64,000 nucleotides of DNA from Epiperipatus broadwayi (Eukaryota > Animalia > Onychophora), in NCBI GenBank assembly GCA_028023455.1, contig JAQFVV010000005.1:11160001-11224000 (forward strand), given 5' to 3'. The notes under the pieces were generated by a model that did no database searches, was not told the DNA's origin, and was given only the letters and a program-made list of their open reading frames with translations. Positions 52,683 through 64,000 of the stretch are shown here, one piece after another. A program made the translations under genes and the position numbers. Each line of letters starts with the position of its first letter. The first letter of the stretch is position 1.

Positions 52683-55630
52683 TACATACTGCTCATCATC
52701 ATCAACCATTATCAATCCACTGCAGGATGAAGGTCTCTCCATGTTTAATCTATCTTCTCCGATCTTTAGCTTCTCTTCTCCACATCACCGCTGTATACTT
52801 TCTTCTTTCATCTATCCATCTAACATGTGGTCTATTTCTGGGTCTTTTACAACCTCTTGGAATCCAGTTTAAGATTTCAATTGTCCATCTATTATCATCT
52901 CTTCTAGCAATATGTCCAGCCCAACTCTACTTCAATCTTTTAATTTTTTCAATAAGGTCAATAACACCTGTTTTTCTCTTACCCATACATTGCGTTTTTG
53001 ATCTCTTCTTGTTACTCCCAACATGCATCTCTCCGTACTTCTTTGAGTGGTCTGGAGTCTCTGTATTGCTCTTCTATTAAGTGTCCATAAGTAAGAACTG
53101 GTAAAACACATTTGTTAAAAACCTTCTTTTCAAACACGTAGGCATATTTCCTTTTAGTATCAAGTTATTTCTACCAAAAGCACTCCAACCAAGCACTCCA
53201 AGTTTAATTCTATGATTAATTTCATCCATTAGGTTTCCATCTGTATTAATAATCTGACCAAAGTATTTGTAACTGTTAACTTCTTCTAATTCATCATAAT
53301 CAATCTTTATTTTCATATTTTGAGCAAATCGATTAAACATTACTTTAGTCTTTTTAACATTTATCTTTAGTCCAACTTTCCTACTTTTATCTGATAATTC
53401 CTGCAACATTTCCTGCAGCTCTGAAGCATTATTTGCAAAAACAACTATATCATCTACAAAATCTAAATGACTTAAATAATATCTCCATTTACTTTCACTC
53501 CTTTAGTTTCCCATTTTAATCCACAAAATATTTATTGCAACACTGCTGTAAAAAGTTTTGGAGATATGGACTCACCTTGTCTTACATCTTTCTCAATGTT
53601 GACTTTCCCAGTATCATTATGTAATCTAATTGTTGCTGTTGCATTTTTATAAATATTCTTTAAAATATGACAATATCCTGGATCTATACCTTGATGATCC
53701 AATGCTTTAATCACTGAAGAAATGTTTATAGAATCAAATGCCTTTTCATAATCTACAAATCCAAAACATATTGGCAACTCATACTCATTTTTCCTTTCTG
53801 TAACTTCTCTCAACACCTGGATATGATCCACTGTACTAAAACCACTTTTAAATCCAGCTTGTTCCCTTGGTTGGTGGAAATCTAATGTTCTTTGTAGACG
53901 AGTTGTAATTATCTTGGTAAAAATTTTGTATAAAACTGTTAAAAGGCTGATAGGTCTGTAATTTCTAATATTTTCTTTATTGCCTTTTTTAAATATTAAT
54001 ATTATTACTGCATTCTTCCAATCATCTGGTACATCTTTATCATTTAGTCATTTGGTATATAACTGTTCTAAAAAAAATTTTCTATTTCTTCACCTGCTTT
54101 TAATATATCAATTATAATTCTATCATTACCTGGAGCCTTTCTTTTCTTCATACATTTAATTGCATGTTTAACTTCTTCATTTAAAATTCTGGGCAATTCA
54201 GATGTAATAGAAATAGGAGGTACTTGTTATTTATTGTACTTGTTATTTATTGCTATATAATTTTTGATAAAAGTCTTCTACCCATTTCATAATGTCATCT
54301 CTCTTTTTGGTAATAATTTCCATCTTTTTTTCTTATTGCAGATATAAATTTCTACCAATACCAAAATGTTGTTTTACATTCTTGAGACTTTTATTTTCTT
54401 CTACAGCTTTCCTTGCTAGTTCACAGTTATACTTTCTTACATCATTTTCAACTCTTTTCCGTACCATTTAACAAAATTTGAGATATTCAATCCTTCTTAA
54501 TGCATGATTTTTGTATATCTTCATATTCCTTCTTTTCTTCATAAATTCTCTAGTCTCAGTAGAAATTTTATTGGTCAATTGCTGCTTTTTTCTACCAGCT
54601 ATCTTTGTTGCAGTTTTTAAAAGTGTATCAGTTATTTTCATATTAATTTCATTCAAATCTGAATCATGTTCAAAATCTACCAATACTTGAAACTGATTTA
54701 TAATTTATAATTTAAATTCATTAGAATGTTTCTGAAGATTAGGAATATCAACTGTAAAAATTGGTTTTTATTTTTGTCTCTCTAGTTTTGCATTAACACG
54801 TATCTTACATCTTACTAATCGATGATCACTTCTTGTGTTAAATTTATTAAGAACATTACAATCTTGAAATATGTATTTTCTGTTAGTTAAAATATAATCC
54901 AATTCTGCTGTACCTTCATTGTGATTCTTCCATGTCCATTTTCTTTTAACATTTTTCTAAAAAAAAGAATTCATAATATAAAGTTTTCCTTTTCCTGCAA
55001 ACTCCACAAGTCTATGTTCTCTCTCATTTCTATTACCATAACCAAAATTACTTACAGCACTTTCATCTTTCATTTGTTTACCAATTCTAGCATTAAAGTC
55101 TCCCATAACAATTTTAAAATGTTGTTTACTCTGATCAAAAGCCTTTTGTAATCTTCTACTACTTCATCGCTATGAGAACTTGTTGGGGCATAAACCTGAA
55201 TTATCTGCATTTGGTATCTGCTATTAAGTTGTATAACTAATCTTGCCACTCTATCTGATACACCATCAATCTCCACAATGTTGTTCTTCCACTTTATATT
55301 TATAATGAATCCTACCCCACTTGTATTTCCAATATTTGTGCCTTTATAATAGAGTACATGTCCACTTTTTTAAAATCAATTATCTCTTCACCTTTTCTTC
55401 TAACTTCACAAAGTCCAATAATGTCCCATTTAATATAAGACAATTCTTCTTCTAATTCTTTCAATCTTCCTTCACTTGAAAGTGATCTACAGTTATAAGT
55501 ACATAAATAAAAAGTCATCATCAAATGGCAGCCTGGGTCCACAATCAGGGGATTCCTAGCACCCTCCACCTTCGGCCACCAATCGCTGCCTTCGTTGGTG
55601 ACTTTACAGCCTCCTGGGAATAAGGGCCAC
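52683..55630 (-). mobile_element. RTE-clade LINE, near full length, inactivated
   Basis: APE N-terminus TYNCRSLSSEGRLKELEEELSYIKWDIIGLCEVRR; RT FVDYEKAFDS, VRQGESISPKLF, FVDDIVVFA, YKYFGQ; (GAT)n-like 3' tail; stops and frameshifts. Confidence 0.93.
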
Positions 55631-56939
55631 AATTTATTTTGTCTGTCATAATTTGTATATATCTATTGGAAAAATATCATTTACACAAACATTCATTCTG
55701 CCTTATCAGGCAACTGAGAAGAAAGATCATGGTGTTTCTTGATATTAAACTCAGAGGTAAAAAGCCAATAAACTCGCCACATTGGAGATGCGTGTTGGTG
55801 AGCAGCTCATCCATGTTCGTATACTATATGAATAATCACATAATAATAACAGCTGCAACGACAAGAACACATGGAGAGAACATTAGCAATTTGCCCTGCT
55901 CGGTTCCTTTAAGGCCTCCAAGAGGAATCAAAGGGTCTCCTTTCAGTTAATAACTAACTACTTTCTGCTATATTAACATATATGTGCAAGCATTTGTAAT
56001 GCATTTTAATTTAAAGTACAGAATATTTCCTATTCTTTATACTTTTGTACAAACACAATTGAGCAATTTATACACCACCATTGCAATTCTCTTTTTGCTT
56101 TATGAATTGAAATTTCAAGATTTTAGATTATAATAAAATGAAACATGTCACTGTGCAGAGTAGAAGCTTTCAAATGTGCATGGTTTTACTATGAAAAGGC
56201 ATGAATTAAAAATATAACTTATTGTACTGTAATCATTTTCTGCCAACAAAAGAATGGTTATAGATTTATTTGTAGATTTTTATATGATCAATAATAATCG
56301 TACTGCTCTGATCAATAATAATCATACTGCTCTTTATATAGATATTATTGTGTGAAACTGTTTATTCTTTATACCATACTAAGTCTAATGCCACCAGTTA
56401 TAGTTACAAATTTATTAATTTGAAATTAGGAGTTGTCAAAGGAAAGAAAAATGGTGTATGAAATACAGATATCTTTTTATTTAAGAATATTCTGAGATTT
56501 CATTATCAAAATTTGCTTAAGAAAAATAAAATGTGTATAATTTTTGCCATTTAATGTGCAATATGGAGATAATGGAATGATGAATAGTTAGCAGTCTTGG
56601 AGTTCTGTCAGTTACATATTGTCACTTTGTGTGGATGTTTGCAAGGGACTTGGAGATATGATAACAGAAGTTAAACTTTTGAAAATGAAAACCTATATTA
56701 AAAAATTTTCTGCATCTAATAATTGGCACGATTTTTAAAACAATTATGCATTTAAAGATATATAACATTTAAGAAGACAGTGCTGACATAGATTCAGTTA
56801 AAACTTTTCTATGTAAACTAAAACTTTCAATTGAACAAGATGGCTACAATTGTAAACAAATTTGAACATTGATGACTCCAGAGTTTTTTTAAACATATGC
56901 CATTTGCATTTTTCACAAAATAAAAAAAATTCTTCATAG

Positions 56940-59900
56940 TTAAGAAATGACAATGAAATTTACTAGCCTGATGTCCAATGACCAGTATTTGGATTTTTTT
57001 ATCAAAGATTTCAAGGTCGATTCTAGTCTGACTGGGTTATTCTGCTGACTGGGATGCATAAGTTTGTATGCACACCAGTACTTTATCTTTCTATCAAAAA
57101 GATCTTTGGCAGATATGAGTCCCACCACATGATCCTCCATTTCTGCTAACCACCTGTTCTTGTTAGGCAGCGGGGTGTCAGTGGGTTCAACTGAAGGGGA
57201 ATGTTGGTTCCTACCTTCTAGATCTTTAGTTACCCTCAGAATAGCTATTGTCCTCTGCATAAATAGCACCTGGATGTCATGCAGACCAAGACCATTTAAG
57301 TCCTTGGGTTTTCTCATTCTGTTGAGGCTTATACAAACAATTCTACCAGGTGATGATTTCCATAACACTTTTGTACACTGTGACCCTATTTTATTTTGGA
57401 AGGTCTTGGTTGGCCTGATAAATGGTAGATAATATGCAATTCTAGGGAAGACCAGTATATTCAACAGTGTCACCTTGCCTGGATGTGACAGGGAGATCGA
57501 GGATAAGGTGCCTGCCACTTTGCTATAGGTCAGAGATGGGCTGGTACTTCCCTGCCAGTACACCAATTATCCCCTGTACCACAGGTGCAGTGAACCTGCA
57601 TAGGTGGACCAAGACAAACCTTGGAATCCCATGCAGGCCAGGATGTGTTTTTTCAGGGTAATCCAGCAGCTTCTGCATGATGAGATCTTGCAATATTTCA
57701 TGATCACCCACCTCCTCTTCCTCTTACCAGAAGTCTCCTATGCTGAATGTCTCACATTGCAGCTTAACCTTAAAATGCATGTAAATTTTGTCTAACATTG
57801 CTTCTGCTGTGTAACTATTTGTTTATCATGATCATGGAGGGCATGGGTCTCTTCCTGGCACAATTGCCCACCGGAGATAACTTTGTGTCCAGTTGTGCTG
57901 TGCTGCCAGATGTACTTTGACCCTCTTTACCACTATGTATTGTGCCAGAACCCTCTGTCTTTCTCTATATTGACCTTTTAGACTCATGATCTCCCTGACA
58001 CTAGCTCCCGTGGCTGAGAGCTGAGCAACCTGGTTGCCTATTGTGCCAATTTCTTAAGTAGCTTGATCGAACCCTTGGTGCGTGCAGTAAAGATCGACCA
58101 CTCAGGACTCCCACGAAGGCTGACCAGGCATGGACTGGTGGTAGTGTCAGAAGGCCTGTCTTATGGAACAGAATATAGGCCTCTGAGAAAATCCACTTAG
58201 GTGTGTTGGCTTTGTTTAGCATTCTGATGGTTCTAGACTGTTGAAGCGTAGTTAAAGGCACCTGGTCTAGGTTGAGAGACATCAACATGGCCAAGTGATC
58301 AGAATAAGGTACCAATTGGAATGAAGCATTTTAGGATATGATGAAGTTCTGAACTATAGAACATTAAATCTATAAGTGAGCGATACTGCCGAGTGTAGAA
58401 GGAATAGAAGTTTTCTGGGAAGTATCTCTCCCAACTCAGTAGCACATAATTGATCAAGTGCAAGAATTTAAGTGTGAAATTTACTGTAGGCCATGTTGAA
58501 ATCACCAAACAATATGATTGGTGACACTGTTGATGCCACAATGGAATTGATTTTGTTAATTAATGATATTGCCTCTTCGGAGCCTCTTCTTAAGTAAACA
58601 TAGTCTAGGATCAGGGTGAATTTCCCAATAGTTATTTATGTGACAATTAGTTCATTATCCATGAGGAGTGTTCTGGTACTATTTATTTTGTTTTTTATTG
58701 ATTAGAATTGCTACACCCGACTAAACAGTGTCTCCAGATAAATATTGCAAGACTCCGAATTGGCTGAGGGCTTGTTAGAGTTCCAATGCAGCTTTGTCTC
58801 ACCTAGGCACAGTATGTCCAGGTGAGACCAATCTAGCCATCTTTTAAGGGCTAATAGCCTTGCTAAGGAATTTAAACCCCTGATGTTTACACCTCCAATG
58901 TTCAATGACATTTAGACTGTTAATTGAGAAGGAGATCATCTGGGGTGACAGTGTGCTCACTGGAACCTGATGAGTTCTCCCATTTAAGCTGAAGGTAAGC
59001 TGAAGATCTGGGTGACATATTGTGCCTAGTTGGCGATCAACTGCCAGAAGGCACCAATCTATCATCTGCTATTGGCTCACTATTCCCATCACACTTTTCT
59101 TTTGTTGCAAGTTGTTGGCGTTAAGGTGTCAGTCCTTGACTCCCTTTTGTATTTCTTTTATCAAATTTGATTTTTGTGGTTTGGGTGTGGTCATAGTGGG
59201 ACTTGCCAGACTATTAATAGAATCTGAATCTGACGGCGAGCTTGCAGTTTCATCAGATTGTGACATGAGGAAGTCTTGAGCCTTATGCTTCAACACCCCC
59301 TCTGTAGATTGGATGTGAGGGAGCATTATTTTAGCTTGCTCTGGTATTATTTGGCTCATCTCATTATCATTGTTCATCAGAACTATTTCATTCTTGTTAT
59401 CAGTTAAATCATTGATGTGCAAGGTGTGTGTGACTCTTATTTCTATCAATGTTGTTTCTTCATTTTCTTGAGCTATCTCATCTTTATAGCCCATTCTTCT
59501 TGTGGTTTGATCTTCTTATCTTTCTACCCTGGATGATCTGCCAAATTAGTCATTTCCATACTTTGTTTGTTGCACTGTGTTCTTATCTGCTGCTTCCATC
59601 ATACACTTGTGTGTTCTTGTATTTCTCATTTTACAGATGGGACATAATCTTTTGGGGCATGTTCTGACGTGGTTGTGGTCACCACATGCAAAACATTGTG
59701 GCTTTATGCCCCTAATAGATAAATACAGAGGGCATTTCATTTCCTCCAGTACAGATGATAACTCTGTGGGCAGGACTCCTTGAGCTAATTTGAGAGAAAA
59801 TGCTGCCATATTTGATGGGAGTTCTATTCCTGCCCTACATGCTTCCATCATGCACTTGTGTGTTCTTGTATTTCTCATTTTACAGATGGGACATAACCTT

Positions 59901-60480
59901 TTGGGGCATGTTCTGATGTGGTTGTGGTCGCCACATGCAAAACATTGTGGCTTTATGCCCCTAATAGATAAATACAGAGGGCATTTCATTTTCTCCAGTA
60001 CAGGTGGCAACTCTGTGGGCAGGACTCCTTGAGCTAATTTGAGAGAAAATGCTGCCGTATTTGATGGGAGTTCTATTCCTGCCCTACATTCTTACAGATA
60101 TTGAAATGACATGATTGTTCCAAACTTCTCAAGTAGCTTTTGCAGGCCCTGACCATCGAAATTCATGTAAAAATTACGGATAGTACCATGGACCATCTTG
60201 GGTCAGGACAAGTCTACCTTAACTAGATATTTATCTCCAAGAAACATTTGCTTTCTTTGGAACAACTCCTTCTGGAGGACATTGTGAAACTCAACCACAA
60301 AATATCGGCCATTCGGATGATGGTAGATGCGTTTCACAGCATCCTCCAGATATAACTTCTTCACTAGTAAGAAAAACTCATCAGTGGGAAACTGGAAAAG
60401 TTGGCATTTTTTTATCCTTGAAAGGTCAACTTTCCCATAAATCCATGTTTTCAGCATTCCCATAATTCCGTAATCTTAAC
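56940..60480 (-). mobile_element. L1/Tx1-clade LINE with ORF1 (RRM-like plus zinc knuckles) and internally deleted ORF2
   Basis: ORF1 CFACGDHNHIRTCPKRLCPICK; ORF2 start MSLNIGGVNIRGLNS...DILCLGETK and SDHL (APE); HPGLHGIP; PGKVTLLNILVFPRIAYY (L1 post-RT motif). Confidence 0.88.
59591..60088. repeat. 249-bp in-frame tandem duplication in L1/Tx1 ORF1
   Basis: actctgtgggcaggactcc at 59761 and 60010; 83-aa unit repeated in ORF 59546-60010. Confidence 0.95.
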
Positions 60481-60512
60481 GTCTGTTGGCTGTCTATTGA
60501 TTAAATGTTGCT

Positions 60513-61200
60513 TGTATTTATATTTTAACATAGCTTCTTTAATTTTTCTTTTATTATTATTTCTTTCAGTTTCCAATATTTTTACGTTACTATAATTTAA
60601 ATCAAAACCATATATACATGATTTATTATGGTCATAAAAAACAGAAGCTGATAAAATTTCATTTTTTTAATTTTGTTTTGTATTTTGAACCCTTTTTAAT
60701 AATAACAAGTGCTCTTTTGTTCTTTTTTCCAATGTGCACCTCGACTCACCTATATATCCACTGCTACACCTACACATGTATTTGTAAATGATACAATTTT
60801 TGTTTGTCAATAAGGTTTTATCTTTTGAGTTATTTATTAATTTATTTAATGTAGGTGTATTTATATATTAACATAGCTTCTTTAATTTTTCTTTTATTAT
60901 TATTTCTTTCAGTTTCCAATATTTTTACCTTACTATAATTAAAATCAAAACCATATATACATGATTTATTATGGTCATAAAAAAACAGAAGCTGATAAAA
61001 TTTCATTTTTATAATTTTGTTTTGTATTTTGAACCCTTTTTAATAATAACAAGTGCTCTTTTGTTCTTTTTTCCAATGTGCACCTCGACTCACCTATATA
61101 TCCACTGCTACACCTACACATGTATTTGTAAATGATACAATTTTTGTTTGTCAATAAGGAATTATCTTTTGAGTTATTTATTAATTTATTTAATGTAGGT
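60513..61200. repeat. ~343-bp tandem duplication covering the GIY-YIG domain
   Basis: acatagcttctttaatttttc at 60528 and 60871; the two units are nearly identical. Confidence 0.95.
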
Positions 61201-62150
61201 GGTGCATAAAATGCAATATCACATATACCTTTATAAATTTTCTTAATGAAACTTGCCTATTGATTCGAAATACATGATATTGATATCCAAATTTTTTTAT
61301 CAGAAGAATTACCATTATTATTAATATTTTTATATTTATAATTAAAATTTTTAATAGTATAATAAACAGAATCATAACTGTATCCAATATTTAACAATTC
61401 ATTATAATACATTTCAATATTTTTGTTTTTATCTGATGAATATTTACAAAGATTATCATTTCTAAATAAGAAGGACTTTAAACCTGCCATTTTATGTGAC
61501 ATTGGTACTTTTGATTTATATGGAATATATCATCTTTTTGCTATTGGTTTAATAGTCATATAGTAATCCAGTTTATCTTTGTTTCTAGTTATCTTGAGAT
61601 CTAAAAATTGAACACTCATTGAATTTTCATCTGTTTTAATCCATCTTAAGCCCTTTATATTATTTAATTCATCAAACACATCATTAATAGCATTTGGTTT
61701 TCCACAAACAAAAACATAATCAACATATCAATTGTATAAAGTAATATCTTTCTGATAATGTTCCTTTTTCAAAATATTTTCTTCATATGTAGATATCATA
61801 AAATTACATATTTGGGCAACTGTAATATTTATGTATAAATTTACATATATATACACACATTCGAAATAATTTCTTAGTTCTCTTTCATTTATACAGAATT
61901 TCAAACTTCCATTTTTTTTTCTTTACACTTTTTATCCTTATAATTATATTTCTACAATGAATTGTAACATGATTTTCCAATGATCTCATGCTTTTTCACA
62001 TTGATTTTGCCTTGATGTGAAAATTTCATGATTAAATTGTACTTGTCAATGGATATATAAATGTTTTTGTACAGATTTTGCTTTTAAAATAACTAGATCA
62101 TTGATTAATGACATGTTAATACAGTCAACAAATATCAATAATTGTTATTT
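60513..62150 (-). mobile_element. Penelope-like element (RT remnant plus GIY-YIG endonuclease)
   Basis: Minus frames: VAQICNFMISTYEE, SVQFLDLKIT, NVPMSHKMAGLKSFLFR, CIIYKYMCRCSSGYIGESRCTLEKRTKEH, ILETERNNNKRKIKEAMLI; the upstream boundary is approximate. Confidence 0.85.
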
Positions 62151-62679
62151 TAAAATATTAAATTATTGTGTGTATTCAATTTTGTTTTCCAATCTTGTGC
62201 ATGCTATAGTTATTAAATAAATGGATAATCAAAACATTTGCCTAAAACTTTTTTTTTTTTAAATAATATATTGATCAATATAGAATTGCAGTGTTATTTT
62301 TAATATAATACTAAATAAATATCAATAAATATTTTAATTTTTTCATATAATTAATACATTTCTGTTAAAATGATTTTTTTTCTTTCATGGCTCATTTTTT
62401 TAAAGTTATTTAAACAAAGAATAGTTTTAAGTTGTTTCTACAGTTGCAATTTTAAATATACTTAAAACTACTATTTCACTACATGTACTTGAGTTACATG
62501 AATATAAAACTTTATCATTATGAATGATCCAAGATGCTTTTCTGTCTGAACCTGCATTTTTAAATTCAACCATATTACAATATTGCAAGTCTTCATCATC
62601 TTTGTTCAGTATTGATCAATATCAAACTATTGTCACTTAACCTATAAGTGGCAAATTTACCACTGATATCCCTTTAAAT

Positions 62680-62983
62680 CAGGGATCCCCAACCCTATGC
62701 CTGCGGGCACCATGGCACCCGCAGACCATTTTACGTGTGCCCGCCGCTATGCGAACACGATAAAAAATTATTCGATACAAATAAATTTAATTTTTAAGAT
62801 TTCTTATAAATTATTGTATTATATTGTAATCAAATTGTAGGTCATACTATACTTTTACAGTGTAAAAGGGTCTGTCATTAACAATATCCAACTATAAATT
62901 TACTTTGAAAAAATAAATGGTGCCCGCCACCTAGCCAGTATTATAGAATGTGCTCTTAAGTACAAAAAGGTTGGGGACCGCTG
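62680..62983. mobile_element. hAT (Buster/Charlie-type) MITE, second copy
   Basis: CAGGGATCCCCAACC...GGTTGGGGACCGCTG; TSD ctttaaat/ctttagat; colinear with 37476-37792. Confidence 0.92.
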
Positions 62984-64000
62984 CTTTAGATAAATATATT
63001 AATGATTATTACAAGTCATTTATTGGTCTATAGAGTATACTATTTTTAGCTCATATATAAACTTCAAACTTAATTGAGGATTAATGAATTTTTAATTAAA
63101 TATGACCACTTATTAATTTAACTTTATCTCTCACCTCCATGTGTAATATTTTTAAATGTATTTAAAATTGTTATTTTACTACCCATACTTCAAATACATA
63201 AATAAATATATCTGAAAAAGTAAATGAGACCCAAGGTGCATATCCAGCTGAACCAACATCTTTTAACTGGTCCATATCACAACCTCATTTGTTATGATTT
63301 TTTCAGTACAATATTTATTAATATTAAATTACTACAACTTATTCTGCAAGTACAAAATTTCTTGTTTTCATTTTAATATTTTTTAAATATATTAATGATT
63401 GTTTAATAATAGTATATATATTAATCTGTAATTAAGTTTTAAGTTTATATATCAGTTTGAAAGTGACATAATAATGTTAAACTTAATAAATGACTAGCAA
63501 TAATCATAAATTTAATCATCTAAAAAGAAATTTGAAAGTAGATATTTTAGATATTAACATGCTATATTAATATACACTACTTAGTGCACTATTTAAAAAA
63601 AATGTAAATAAAATAAAAAAGACATTAAAATTTAATACATTTTATGATTTGGCAGCAGCCATTTTTCTGTCTCAGAGTGCCATATGAGATCTAATTTAAA
63701 AACCATTAAAATTTGTAAATTTAATAAATACAATATGGCAATAACCATTTTTCCATCTAAGAGTGCTGTACACAAATATATTTATTAGTAACATTTTTTT
63801 GACCTGTGTTTAAAGCATTTTTTAAAATTTGATTTACAGTATTTTGTGCTATAAATGTTTTCTAACCATAATAATAAGTTGCTATGGATTTAAACTATCA
63901 AGACAACTATAATGGACATAGTGTGATAATAAGAATGTTATTATTTAATTGGAGTTTTAATCAATTTATTTAAAAAAAGATATAGTACATAAGTTGTTTT

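Noticed and set aside
55505-55630. HDV-like ribozyme in the RTE 5' UTR
   Set aside because: The region is GC-rich with hairpin and pseudoknot potential (gtcaccaa/ttggtggc; ggcagc/gctgcc), but I could not fit the P1-P2-P3-P1.1-P4 order or the L3 consensus.
57160-60032. Several plus-strand ORFs
   Set aside because: These are antisense shadows of the L1/Tx1 ORFs.
63225-63265. Weak similarity to the hammerhead-repeat family
   Set aside because: The match is too short and divergent to support.

Overview
Very AT-rich, CpG-depleted eukaryotic DNA. The zinc-finger style and transposon content suggest an arthropod, but this is inference only. Host genes: a frame-disrupted tandem C2H2 zinc-finger locus on the minus strand (~4.7-8.0 kb, with an intact 14-finger ORF), a frameshifted C2H2 zinc-finger locus on the plus strand (~48.4-50.1 kb), and a candidate first coding exon (MAAGLLQ, 29.3 kb) near CpG-retaining, promoter-like stretches. 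The rest is mostly transposable elements: a complete but decayed Ty3/gypsy LTR element (16408-27303, 2.0-2.4 kb LTRs, ATAT TSD), an internally deleted Merlin DNA transposon (8-bp TSD), two hAT MITEs, other MITEs, a near full-length RTE LINE, an internally deleted L1/Tx1 LINE, a Penelope-like element with a duplicated GIY-YIG domain, and several LINE fragments. The most notable signal is a dispersed non-coding repeat family carrying minimal type I hammerhead-ribozyme motifs. There are 5 motif copies with a palindromic stem III, occurring as partial-tandem, fold-back and head-to-head insertions, three of which have 11-15 bp TSDs. This resembles a Penelope-derived, retrozyme-like system. No rRNA, tRNA or CRISPR was seen.
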